The translations under genes were made by a program, and so were the position numbers. A stretch of DNA of 64,000 nucleotides from an uncultured Candidatus Rokubacteria bacterium. GTDB lineage: Bacteria > Methylomirabilota > Methylomirabilia > Rokubacteriales > DASRDR01. Of this stretch, positions 10,070 to 18,878 are shown piece by piece. The notes under the pieces are model-generated. The model was not told the origin of the DNA. It did not search any database and saw nothing but the letters and a program-made list of their open reading frames with translations. How positions within the stretch are numbered: the first letter of the stretch is position 1; each line of letters begins with the position of its first letter. Location of the stretch: assembly GCA_963805625.1 (NCBI GenBank), contig CAWDVE010000010.1:1792001-1856000 (forward strand), given 5' to 3'.

Positions 10070-10934
10070 CGAAGTCCACCGGTTCGCACGCGTGGACGCG
10101 TCGTCCGGCTATGCGGTGTGGCGCCGGCTCGCGCATCACCGCCTCGCCTTGGCCGGCGGGGCGATCGTCCTCGTGGTCGCGACGCTCGCCGTCGCGCTGC
10201 CCGTCGTCGTCGCGACGGACCCCACGGCCTTGGACGTCCAGGCGACCCTGACGTCGCCATCGCGACGGCACTGGTTTGGGACGGACGACTTCGGGCGTGA
10301 CCTCTTCGCCCGCGTGGTCCACGGCATCCGTCTCTCGCTCTTGGTGGGCTCCTCGGTGCTGGCGGTGACCGTGTTGCTCGGCGCCGTGCCAGGCCTGGTC
10401 TCGGGCTTCGTGCCGCGGGCGGACGCGGTCATCATGCGCGTGATGGACGCCCTCATGGCTTTCCCCGCTATCCTGCTCGCGCTGTCCGTCATGGCGATCG
10501 CGGGACCGTCGACGATCAACGTGGTGGGCGCCCTTGGCGTGGCCTACGCGCCGCGCATGGCGCGCCTGGCGCGCGCGAGCGTCCTCGCCGTACGGAGCCG
10601 GGAGTTCGTCGACGCCGCCCGCGCGCTCGGGAACCGGCCGCTCCGGGTGCTGACGCGGCACGTCACCCCGAACGCGGCGGCGCCGATCATTGTCCAGGGC
10701 ACATTCACGGTCGGCTACGCGATCCTGGGAGAGGCTGCGCTCAGCTTCGTCGGGCTGGGCGCGGTCCCCCCGACACCGAGTCTCGGCAACATCCTGGCCG
10801 ACGCCCGCGTGTTCCTGCGCGACGCACCCTGGATGATCCTCTGTCCGGCAGCCACACTCGCGCTGCTGATCCTCGGCCTGAACCTCCTCGGCGACGGGGT
10901 CCGCGACGCGCTCGACCCGAGAACACGGATCTGA
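10062..10934 (+). CDS. ABC transporter permease, DppC/OppC-like
   Basis: HWFGTDDFGRD, EFVDAARALG and NLLGDGVRDALDP motifs. Confidence 0.92.
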   Translation: MADEVHRFARVDASSGYAVWRRLAHHRLALAGGAIVLVVATLAVALPVVVATDPTALDVQATLTSPSRRHWFGTDDFGRDLFARVVHGIRLSLLVGSSVLAVTVLLGAVPGLVSGFVPRADAVIMRVMDALMAFPAILLALSVMAIAGPSTINVVGALGVAYAPRMARLARASVLAVRSREFVDAARALGNRPLRVLTRHVTPNAAAPIIVQGTFTVGYAILGEAALSFVGLGAVPPTPSLGNILADARVFLRDAPWMILCPAATLALLILGLNLLGDGVRDALDPRTRI

Positions 10935-10937
10935 GAC

Positions 10938-11016
10938 GGGGTCAGGCCTTGGCTTCCTTTCATGCAGTTCAACCCGTACTCGCCGGTCGATTGCATGGAA
11001 GTCAGGGCCTGACCCC
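10938..11016. repeat. Inverted-repeat (REP/MITE-like) element, copy 2, between convergent genes
   Basis: GGGGTCAGGCCTTGGCTTCC (10938-10957) ... GGAAGTCAGGGCCTGACCCC (10997-11016). Confidence 0.85.
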
Positions 11017-11847
11017 GAAGAACGCGCGCGCGTTCTCGTAGAAGATCCGCCGGTAGACGTCCATCGGCAGGTCGCGGGCCCAGAGTCCCGCCCGCTCCGT
11101 CTCGTACGGGTACGGAAGGTTCGGGAAGTCGCTGCCGAAGAGGATCCGATCCCTGTAGCGGACCAGGTCGGCGTCACGCACGACCGCGGGGTCGATCGCC
11201 GTGTATGGAAGCGACGCCGGAGTCATCGCCATCGTCGTGTCGAGGTGGAGGTGCGGGAAGCGATCGAGGAGCTGGAAGGCCAGGCGGGTCTCGAACGCGC
11301 CCATGTGGCAGATCGACGCCCGCAGCGCCGGAAACTGCTCGAGCACCCGCTCGAAGCGCCCCAGGCCCGTGAACTCGTTGGTGTGAGGGCCCGTCCCCAC
11401 GTGGATCACGAGCACGCGGTCCAGCGTGACGAGGCGCTCGTAGACGGGCAGCATCCGCGGATCGTCCGGGTAGAACCGCTGGACCTGGATGTGGACCTTC
11501 AAACCCGCCAGCCCCCACGTCCCGCACGCCTCGTCCACGACCGCCCCCGGATCGTCATCCCCTGCGTGGACGGTGCCGAGCGGGATCCCGTCGGGAAATC
11601 GAGTCGCGACGTCGCGGATCCAGCGATTCAGGTCCCGGGAGATCCCCGGCCGGTGGGCGTACGAGAAGAACGCGAAGCGCTCGACGCCGGCCGCGCGGAG
11701 CGCCGCCACCACCTCGTCCGGCTCGGTGGGACCGCTAAGGTTCCAGTGAGAGTGCTCGTCGAACCACCGCCGGATCGCGGCGAAGAGCCGCGGCGGGTGC
11801 AGATGCGTGTGGGCGTCGATGTAGCGGAATCCGGAGGGCAGTTGCAT
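11002..11847 (-). CDS. Amidohydrolase family 2 protein
   Basis: IDAHTH, GLKVH, ICHMG, ILFGSDFP and ENARAFF motifs. Confidence 0.88.
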   Translation of the reverse strand: MQLPSGFRYIDAHTHLHPPRLFAAIRRWFDEHSHWNLSGPTEPDEVVAALRAAGVERFAFFSYAHRPGISRDLNRWIRDVATRFPDGIPLGTVHAGDDDPGAVVDEACGTWGLAGLKVHIQVQRFYPDDPRMLPVYERLVTLDRVLVIHVGTGPHTNEFTGLGRFERVLEQFPALRASICHMGAFETRLAFQLLDRFPHLHLDTTMAMTPASLPYTAIDPAVVRDADLVRYRDRILFGSDFPNLPYPYETERAGLWARDLPMDVYRRIFYENARAFFGVRP

Positions 11848-11851
11848 CCCG

Positions 11852-12757
11852 TCAGGACCGCCGGGGACGGCGGGTCCGCCAGACAGCGGGGTGGATGACC
11901 CAGTCACCGGGCAGCCCGGACACGGCGACGCCGACCCGTACCTCTCCGGACCGGGCGAGCGCCGCCACCGCCAGCCGCACCTCGTCAGGCGGCACGCCGA
12001 AGAGGCGGGCGATCCCACGCACCGAGCCCCACGCGGCCCCGCCGAGATAGCGGCCGACCAGACGGCGAACCGCGGCCGGGCGGCCGAGGCGTCGGCCCTC
12101 CCCCACGGGGTCGGGAAGCCAGGCCTCCACCAGGTCCCAGCGGTACGAGAACGAGGGGTCGTAGCGCTCCTCCGTCTTCACCGCGAAAAGACCCTGCTGG
12201 AGCTCCGCCACCGCGCGCTCGAAGCCGCGCGTCGAGCCGGGCTCCAGCATGAGCGCCTCCGCTCGCCACTCCCGCGTGTAGAGGGGATGCCGGCGGATCA
12301 GGACGTCCATGAGCCGCTTGGCCGCGTGGGACAGGCGCCCCGCCTCGTACTCCGTGCGGTAGTCGCGGGCGCTCTGGCGGCCCCGGGCCAGGGCGTAGAA
12401 GGCGGGGAAGAGGTCGAGGGCCACGAGCACGGGCCGCCCCTTGAGGAGCTTGCCGTAGTAGACGGCGCGACGCGCGGGGAGGCTGTCCTTGAGCTCCCAG
12501 GTGAGCCCCACCCCGGCGTCGTGGTGGGAGCGACGGGGCCATCGCGGGTCGCGCCGGCCGACGACCGCCTCCCACAGGCACGCGAGCCCCTCGGGGAAGC
12601 GGTAGAAGGTGGAGCAGATCCCGACCTCTTCCACGAAGGCGATGGCGTCCCGCTCGCCCTTGACCCTGCGCGCGAGCACCCGACGGAAGGCCACGTCCCG
12701 TGCGCGCTCGAGCTCGGCGCGGACGAGTGGACGGGGAACGGCGCCCGGCGCGGCCAT
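11852..12757 (-). CDS. AlkZ/YcaQ-related winged-helix protein (crosslink-repair glycosylase-like)
   Basis: LWEAV...TWELKDSLP..VYYGKLLKGRP and YRWDLVEAW pattern typical of AlkZ-related proteins. Confidence 0.55.
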   Translation of the reverse strand: MAAPGAVPRPLVRAELERARDVAFRRVLARRVKGERDAIAFVEEVGICSTFYRFPEGLACLWEAVVGRRDPRWPRRSHHDAGVGLTWELKDSLPARRAVYYGKLLKGRPVLVALDLFPAFYALARGRQSARDYRTEYEAGRLSHAAKRLMDVLIRRHPLYTREWRAEALMLEPGSTRGFERAVAELQQGLFAVKTEERYDPSFSYRWDLVEAWLPDPVGEGRRLGRPAAVRRLVGRYLGGAAWGSVRGIARLFGVPPDEVRLAVAALARSGEVRVGVAVSGLPGDWVIHPAVWRTRRPRRS

Positions 12758-12770
12758 GTTCCCGCCGGGA

Positions 12771-13664
12771 TCAGTCGAAGACGAGCCCCTGCTCGCCGAC
12801 GCGGTACTCCACGATCTCGTCGCTCATCGCGCTGCCGCGGTGCTTGGCGACGGAGACGAATCGCCCGACGCGGAGCCCGATCTTCTCGCGCCCGAGCAGG
12901 AGCACCGTGTTGGCCACCGCTCCGATGTCGCCCGCCGTCACCTTGCGCGAGACGAGATCCTCGAGCCGGGTCTCCTCAGTCGTGACCAGGAGCAGGGTCG
13001 TGATCGATCCGTGGTCGTATCGGTGTTGGTCGATGAACGCCCGGTGCTGCCACACGGGCAAGCAGATCTCCATCCCGAGCGTCTCGGCGTCCCGGTGGAT
13101 GATCTTCCGGTAGAGATCGTCCACGATGTGCGCCTGGATCGAGTCGTCGCTGTCGCGCGGCTCGATCCCGTCCACGACAACCCGCCGCGAGCCGTTCGCG
13201 AAGTGGAAGTAGAAGAACGGGCGGGCCGTGTAGAGGGCCCGCGCGTACGCCGCCTTCCAGCCCCAGTCGAACTCGCGGCCCTCGGGCGTGGCGACCTCGT
13301 AGTCGCGCCGCCGCCCGACCCAGGGAAAGGCGTCGAGGTAGTGGGCCTCCATCTCGCCCTCGGGTGGATACGGATCGCCCATCGGCATGACGGCGTGGGT
13401 CCAGCGACGGAGCGGCCAGGCATAGAGACGCTCGGCGTATGGCCCGTGCTGCTGGGAGTCCCCTCGGGCGTTCATGTCGACGACCAGCCCCGGAGGGCCG
13501 TCGGCGGCGCGCCCGTGGTGGGCGAACGTGAGCCCCAGGTGGGTCTTCCCGATTCCGGTCGCCCCGTAGACAACGGTGAGCGTTCCCGGCAGGAGACCGC
13601 CTCCGAGCATCGCATCCAGACGAGGCAGACCCGTGGAGACACGCGGACGCGCCGGCGAGGTCAC
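12771..13664 (-). CDS. KaiC/RAD55-family RecA-fold ATPase (single domain)
   Basis: STGLPRLDAMLGGGL, Walker A GATGIGKT, Walker B VVVDG, C-terminal AKHRGS. Confidence 0.85.
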   Translation of the reverse strand: MTSPARPRVSTGLPRLDAMLGGGLLPGTLTVVYGATGIGKTHLGLTFAHHGRAADGPPGLVVDMNARGDSQQHGPYAERLYAWPLRRWTHAVMPMGDPYPPEGEMEAHYLDAFPWVGRRRDYEVATPEGREFDWGWKAAYARALYTARPFFYFHFANGSRRVVVDGIEPRDSDDSIQAHIVDDLYRKIIHRDAETLGMEICLPVWQHRAFIDQHRYDHGSITTLLLVTTEETRLEDLVSRKVTAGDIGAVANTVLLLGREKIGLRVGRFVSVAKHRGSAMSDEIVEYRVGEQGLVFD

Positions 13665-13766
13665 GAGGTCGAAGGATACGGACGCCTCCGGGGGCCGTCA
13701 ACCACGCGCGACCCCCGCGGGAGCGTGGGCTTCGGTCTCCGGATGGTCTCGCGCGCCCGCCCGGCG

Positions 13767-13874
13767 CTACACGACGAGGAGCGAAAGGGCGAGCGCCCAC
13801 AACGCGAACGCACCCGCGCACGCCGCCGCCGCGCTCACATCACGGAACGGAATCGCCCGCAGCGTCCTTGTCAC
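13767..13874 (-). CDS. Possible 35-aa single-TM small protein
   Basis: GTG start; hydrophobic C-terminus AAAACAGAFALWALALSLLVV. Confidence 0.35.
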   Translation of the reverse strand: MTRTLRAIPFRDVSAAAACAGAFALWALALSLLVV

Positions 13875-14166
13875 CTGTTGAGTCGCGATGGGCCAAAAAA
13901 AAGACCACGGGGCATGTGTCGCAGTCGACGCGGCCTCGGACGCACTCTCGATACGGCGCCGGCCCGCGGGCGAGCTGACCCGCGGCCGCGATGCGGGAGT
14001 GCCACCACCGGCGCCGGCCCGCGCGCGAACCGCGTGCCCGGCTGTCCAAGCCTTCGTCCCCATCGCACCCGTGCCATCGCCTGTCGTCTGCCGCCGGCCA
14101 GCCATCGGGCCTCGGCGGCAGCTTCCTTCGGCGCGCGGCTGCGCGCCGTTTGCAGTGCGGGCGCGC

Positions 14167-14787
14167 TCAGAGGCCACGGACGAGCCCCACGACCTTGCCG
14201 AGGATCCTCAAGTCCTTCTCCCCTTCCCGAATGATGATGGGCCCCATGGTCGGATGCTCCGGCCGGAGGAGGACGGCATGCGCATCACGCGCGAACCTCT
14301 TGACGGTCGCCTCGCCGTCGACCAGGGCCACCACGATGTCGCCGGGCTGGGCGTGGTCCTGGCGGCGCACGAGCACGAGATCCCCCTCGACGATGTGGGC
14401 GTTGATCATGCTTTCCCCGCGCACCCGGAGTCCGAAGACGTCGTCGCCCCGGCCGCCGACCCATGCGGGATCGAGCGGCAGCACGCCGTCGCGATTCTCC
14501 TCAGCGAGGAGGGGAGCGCCGGCGGCGATGCGCCCGAGGATGGGCACTTCGTGCATCTTCGGGACCGGCACGGCCAGCGTGAGCGCCCGAGACGTCCGCC
14601 CCTCCGTGCTACGCCGGCGGAGGTAGCCCTTTCGCTCGAGCGCCCGCAGGTGATCGAAGGCCGCCCTGGGCGTGACATGGAAGCGTCCGCCGATCTCGCG
14701 CACCGTCGGCGGGACCCCGTTCGCCTCGGTGAAGCTCTGGATGAAGCCGAGCACCTCCTGCTGGCGATCGGTCAATCGTGTATCCAT
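14167..14787 (-). CDS. lexA: SOS repressor LexA
   Basis: LTDRQQEVL, PPTVREIG, LRALERKGYL; cleavage site IAAG, catalytic GESM and ATVKR; GGAGG RBS. Confidence 0.95.
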   Translation of the reverse strand: MDTRLTDRQQEVLGFIQSFTEANGVPPTVREIGGRFHVTPRAAFDHLRALERKGYLRRRSTEGRTSRALTLAVPVPKMHEVPILGRIAAGAPLLAEENRDGVLPLDPAWVGGRGDDVFGLRVRGESMINAHIVEGDLVLVRRQDHAQPGDIVVALVDGEATVKRFARDAHAVLLRPEHPTMGPIIIREGEKDLRILGKVVGLVRGL

Positions 14788-14806
14788 GGGTGTTCCTCCA
14801 GCCAGG

Positions 14807-14836
14807 AGTGTAGTCAACACCCGTTGAGGCAGTCAA
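14807..14836 (-). promoter_or_regulatory. Putative lexA promoter with palindromic operator TCAAC-N4-GTTGA (14814-14827) in the spacer
   Basis: Minus strand TTGACT-18 nt-TACACT; perfect palindrome between the two boxes. Confidence 0.55.
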
Positions 14837-14852
14837 TCAAAAAAAGAGAGGG

Positions 14853-15377
14853 TCATGACGCGACCGCGACCTCCTTCGGATCGCACGCCGGGCAGGGCCT
14901 GAGGCCCTGCTCCCACGCGTCGGACGCGGTCTTCAGCGGGATCCGCTCGGATGCGGGGACCCGGGCCCGCCAGGCGCACTCGCGGCGGTGGAGGAGCCGC
15001 CCTCCGCGGCTGGTCCAGTACGGCTCGAGCAGGTCGTCCCCTGGCCCCTCGGCACCGCCAGCTCCCAAGCCTCCGGGTTCGGCCGCCGATACCCCGGCAC
15101 CCTGGCCGTCGACCCCGACGGCATCGCTCTCCGGAGTGCTCACCACGGGGGTCGCCGCCGCCGGTTCGGACGGGGACGGCGACGGGGGGGAGATGTCATG
15201 ATCCACGTTGATCTGAAGGTTCTGCTCGACGGTCGAGCGGAACTCGTCGCTCGCCCGGCGGAACTCACGCATCGCCCGGCCGAGCCGCCGCCCGAGGTCA
15301 GGCAGCTTGTCCGGCCCGAAGATGAGGAGGGCCAGCACCATGACGACGAGGAGCTCCTGGATGCCGATGTCGAGCAT
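14853..15377 (-). CDS. tatB: TatA/TatB-family translocase subunit with C-terminal Ada-like metal-binding domain
   Basis: [41 protein letters not shown]; tail LHRRECAW...[10 protein letters not shown]. Confidence 0.75.
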   Translation of the reverse strand: MLDIGIQELLVVMVLALLIFGPDKLPDLGRRLGRAMREFRRASDEFRSTVEQNLQINVDHDISPPSPSPSEPAAATPVVSTPESDAVGVDGQGAGVSAAEPGGLGAGGAEGPGDDLLEPYWTSRGGRLLHRRECAWRARVPASERIPLKTASDAWEQGLRPCPACDPKEVAVAS

Positions 15378-15391
15378 GGACTGGGCGAATC

Positions 15392-16291
15392 CTACACGAT
15401 GGGGCGGGCCGGTGCACCCGCCTTTCGCCCCTCGGCGTCCATCGCGCGGTGGAGGAGGATGAGCACGGCGAGCAGGAACATGTGGCTCCCGGACCACATC
15501 ACGCCGCCGCCAAACGCCTGGTCGTCCACGGGGTTCCAGTCCACCATGAGCCGCGGCGCCGCGGCGTAGGACGGGTAGAAGACCCGCTCCGACAGCCCGA
15601 GGACGGCGCCCAGGAGGGTGTTCTGGGCCGTCGCCAGGATGAGATAGCCGATGCGGGCGCCGTACATCACCCCGCTGCTGAGGCGATGGAATCGGGGCGT
15701 CGGGTTGACGATCGGCCACCAGAACAGCACGGCCGTCCCGAAGAAGGTCAGGTGCTCGAGGTCGTGCAGCATCGGGTACCGCAGCGCAGCTTCGTAGGCC
15801 ATGGGGTGGTGCCAGCCCCAGAGGGTCACCGTGTAGAGTGTGCCAGCTACCGGCATCCAGGTGAGCGTGCGGAGGACGCGTCGGACCGGGCCGGGGCGGC
15901 TCACGAGCGCGCCCACCCGGCGCCGGAGCCGGGGTGGCACGGCCCAGAGGATCATCGGGAATGGCGCCGCCAGGAGCAAGAGCGGCGGCGCGCCCATGAC
16001 CAGCAGCTGGTGCTGGATCATATGCGCGGTGAACGACAGCTCGGCCAGGAGCTCGATGGGCGAGCAGAGGGCGAGGACCACGCTCGCCAGACCAACCAGG
16101 TAGGCCGCGAGCCGCCAGCCCGGGGCGGCGCCACGGGTCCGGGGGGTGCGGTGGAGCTGCCACCAACCCCGGACGTAGAGTGCCGCGAGCGCGCCAACCA
16201 CGAGGAGAACCGTGGGCCGCCAGCTCCAGGCCCCCGCAACGCGAAAGATGAGGTCCCCCAGCCCGCTTGCAGCAACCTCCGGCGGCGGCAT
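15392..16291 (-). CDS. ctaG: Cytochrome c oxidase assembly factor CtaG (caa3 type)
   Basis: [28 protein letters not shown] and [11 protein letters not shown] motifs. Confidence 0.85.
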   Translation of the reverse strand: MPPPEVAASGLGDLIFRVAGAWSWRPTVLLVVGALAALYVRGWWQLHRTPRTRGAAPGWRLAAYLVGLASVVLALCSPIELLAELSFTAHMIQHQLLVMGAPPLLLLAAPFPMILWAVPPRLRRRVGALVSRPGPVRRVLRTLTWMPVAGTLYTVTLWGWHHPMAYEAALRYPMLHDLEHLTFFGTAVLFWWPIVNPTPRFHRLSSGVMYGARIGYLILATAQNTLLGAVLGLSERVFYPSYAAAPRLMVDWNPVDDQAFGGGVMWSGSHMFLLAVLILLHRAMDAEGRKAGAPARPIV

Positions 16292-16296
16292 CGTGG

Positions 16297-16860
16297 TCAG
16301 GCCTCCGGCCCGACGAGGAGCTGGCCGAGGTACGCGCGCGCGTCGGGGCCCACCCAGTCGCGGATCCCGACCACCGTCCCGACGACCATCCCTCGCCGGT
16401 CCACGATAAAGGTCACCGGCAGCGCGAAGACCTGGTAGCGCTCGGCCACCTGCCCCGCGCTGTCCAGCAGCATCGGGAAGGCGAGCTTGTGCTGCTGGAT
16501 GAAGGCCTCGACCTCCTGCCTCGACTCCTTGAAGTTGATGCCCACGACCGTCAGCCCGCGAGGGCCAAGCTCCCGGGCGAGCGTCTCGAGCGCCGGCATC
16601 TCCTCCCGGCACGGGGCGCACCACGTCGCCCAGAAGTTCAGCAGCACGACCCGACCGCGGAAATCACGGAGCCGGACCAGCCGGCCCGACAGGTCCGGGA
16701 GCTCCAGGTCCGAGGCCGCGGTCGGCTCGGCCGGGCGGCTCACCGGGAAGGCGGCCGGTCGGCCGGCGGGAGCGGCGCGGCCCCAGTAGGCCGCCGCCCC
16801 GACCGCGCCGCCGAGCAGCAACAGCCCGGCGGACAGCTCGAGCAGCTGGGTGCGGGTCAT
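16297..16860 (-). CDS. TlpA/ResA-family thiol:disulfide oxidoreductase
   Basis: [18 protein letters not shown]; N-terminal membrane anchor. Confidence 0.9.
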   Translation of the reverse strand: MTRTQLLELSAGLLLLGGAVGAAAYWGRAAPAGRPAAFPVSRPAEPTAASDLELPDLSGRLVRLRDFRGRVVLLNFWATWCAPCREEMPALETLARELGPRGLTVVGINFKESRQEVEAFIQQHKLAFPMLLDSAGQVAERYQVFALPVTFIVDRRGMVVGTVVGIRDWVGPDARAYLGQLLVGPEA

Positions 16861-17169
16861 CGGGAGTGGGGGCAATGGGGGAAGTGGGCCCGCCAACGCA
16901 TGTTCGGATGATAGACCCGCCTCGGGAGAGTCACAACGATGCGGGCCCTGCTGGCTTCCACGGGAGCGATGCGCACACACCGAACCATGCTGAAGGCCTG
17001 GGAGGGTAGAGCGAAATGGTAGTCTCCGAAACAGCATGGGCCCCCTGCTTGATCGATTCGGTCAGTCCGTCGACAAGCCCTCGATCCGAGGAACCAACCG
17101 GGGCCGAGAGCGGCTCGGAGCTCGGGTAGCCGTTGTGGTCCTACTCGGGCCGGTCATGGCCTTCGTCCG

Positions 17170-18834
17170 GTGGCGCAACCGCTAGGCCGCTCGACCGGCC
17201 CCGCCAGCGTCTGGGCCGGCGGTCCAGCGTGGCTCGTCCCGGGCGCTCTCTGCGCGCTCGGCGCGGCCTTGCGGCTCTGGCAGTACGGGGCCGGCGCTTC
17301 ACTGTGGGCCGACGAGGCGAACCTCGCCCTCAACGTCGTCGAGCACCCGCTGGGGCGTCTCCTGGGTCCGCTCGACTACCGCCAGGTCGCGCCGCCAGGC
17401 TGGCTCCTCCTCGAGAAGTTGGCCGTCCTGATCTTCGGCGAGGGCGAGTATGCGCTCCGCCTGATCCCGCTCCTCGGGAGCCTCGCGGCGTTGCCGCTCG
17501 GCTGGTGCGTCGCACGGCGAGCGCTTCCTCGCGGTCCCGGCCCGCCTTTCGCCCTCGGGCTCCTGGCGACGGGGGTCCCCTTCATCTTCTACGCAGCCCA
17601 GGCGAAGCCCTACTCGACGGACGTGGCGGTCGCGCTCCTGCTGGTCGCCCTGGGCCTGGCGGTGCAACAGCACGGCGCGGGCCAAGGACGGGCGCTCCGC
17701 CTGGGCCTCGCCGGGGCCATCGCGCCGTGGCTGTCGTACCCGGCGATGCTCGTTGCCGCCGGATTGCTGGCGGCACTGGCAGCGGCAGCGCTCCTGGACC
17801 GCGATCGCGCCCGCCTGCGGCTGCTCGTCCCGCTGGCGCTCGCGTGGGCGGCGAGCGCCGGGGGGGCCGTGCTCTGGGCGCGGGGCACCGTGACGCCGGA
17901 CGACGTGCTCTACATGCGGCGGTTCTGGGCCCGCGACTTCATGCCGTGGCCGCCCCGGGAGCTTTGGGATCTGGGCTGGCCGGTCGTCCGCCTGACCACC
18001 GTCTACGGAGGCGGCGGCCTCCGGTATCCCGCTCCGGGGCTCTTCCTGGTCTTGGCGGCGCTGGGCGCCTGGACGCTCTGGCGACGTGACCGCGATTCCG
18101 CGTGGATCCTTCTCATGCCCATCGCGGCCGCCTTCGGGGCGGCCGCGCTCCACGTCTATCCGTTCGAGCCGCGCGTGGTGCTCTTCCTCTTCCCGGCCTT
18201 CCTCGTGCTCACGGCGGCCGGACCCGAGGCGATCGGAAGGCTCGCCCGCCGGCGGGGCCGGCGCGTCGCGACGCTCGTGGCGGTCGCATGCGCCACGCTC
18301 GCCGTGCTCGGGCTCCTCCGGAATCCCCCGCCCTACGCGCCCGAGCCGCTCAAGCCGGTGCTCCAGGCGATGCGCCAGGCGTGGCAGCCCGACGACCGCG
18401 TCTACGTCTACTACGGCGGGGAGAAGGCATTCCTCTACTACGCGCGGCGATTCGGCTTCGCATCCGGTGATTATGTCCTCGGCCGCTGCGCCCGAGAGGA
18501 CCCGCGCGTCTACCTGCGCGAGCTCGACGCGTTCCGCGGAGCGCCACGGATGTGGCTGGTCGTGACCCACGCCGTCCCCGAGGAGACGACCGCCATCCGG
18601 GGCTACCTCGATCGCATCGGGACCCGGCGGGCCGCGTTCGAGGCTGGGAATGCGCCCGGCTCGCGCCGGAGCGACCGCGCCCGCGTCGACCTCTACGATC
18701 TCTCGGACACGGCGCGTCTGGCGACCGTCACGGCGGAGGGGTTCCCCATGCCGCCCCCGGCCGGAGGCGGCCAGGCGGCCGCTTGGTCCTGCCACCCGGG
18801 GGCGCCGCCCCCCGACGAGGAGGGACCCTCCTGA
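17170..18834 (+). CDS. GT-C (ArnT/PMT-like) integral membrane glycosyltransferase
   Basis: SLWADE motif after TM1, EYALRL, AQAKPYSTD; many TM helices. Confidence 0.7.
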   Translation: MAQPLGRSTGPASVWAGGPAWLVPGALCALGAALRLWQYGAGASLWADEANLALNVVEHPLGRLLGPLDYRQVAPPGWLLLEKLAVLIFGEGEYALRLIPLLGSLAALPLGWCVARRALPRGPGPPFALGLLATGVPFIFYAAQAKPYSTDVAVALLLVALGLAVQQHGAGQGRALRLGLAGAIAPWLSYPAMLVAAGLLAALAAAALLDRDRARLRLLVPLALAWAASAGGAVLWARGTVTPDDVLYMRRFWARDFMPWPPRELWDLGWPVVRLTTVYGGGGLRYPAPGLFLVLAALGAWTLWRRDRDSAWILLMPIAAAFGAAALHVYPFEPRVVLFLFPAFLVLTAAGPEAIGRLARRRGRRVATLVAVACATLAVLGLLRNPPPYAPEPLKPVLQAMRQAWQPDDRVYVYYGGEKAFLYYARRFGFASGDYVLGRCAREDPRVYLRELDAFRGAPRMWLVVTHAVPEETTAIRGYLDRIGTRRAAFEAGNAPGSRRSDRARVDLYDLSDTARLATVTAEGFPMPPPAGGGQAAAWSCHPGAPPPDEEGPS

Positions 18835-18878
18835 TCCTGGCCTGACTCCGGAGCCTCGGTGCCGCCCGAGGCGTCGCG

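Noticed and set aside
14085-14160. Resemblance to a c-di-GMP-I riboswitch (GCAAAC followed by two stems)
   Set aside because: No GNRA tetraloop or GACGCAAAG core; kept only as a generic structured region
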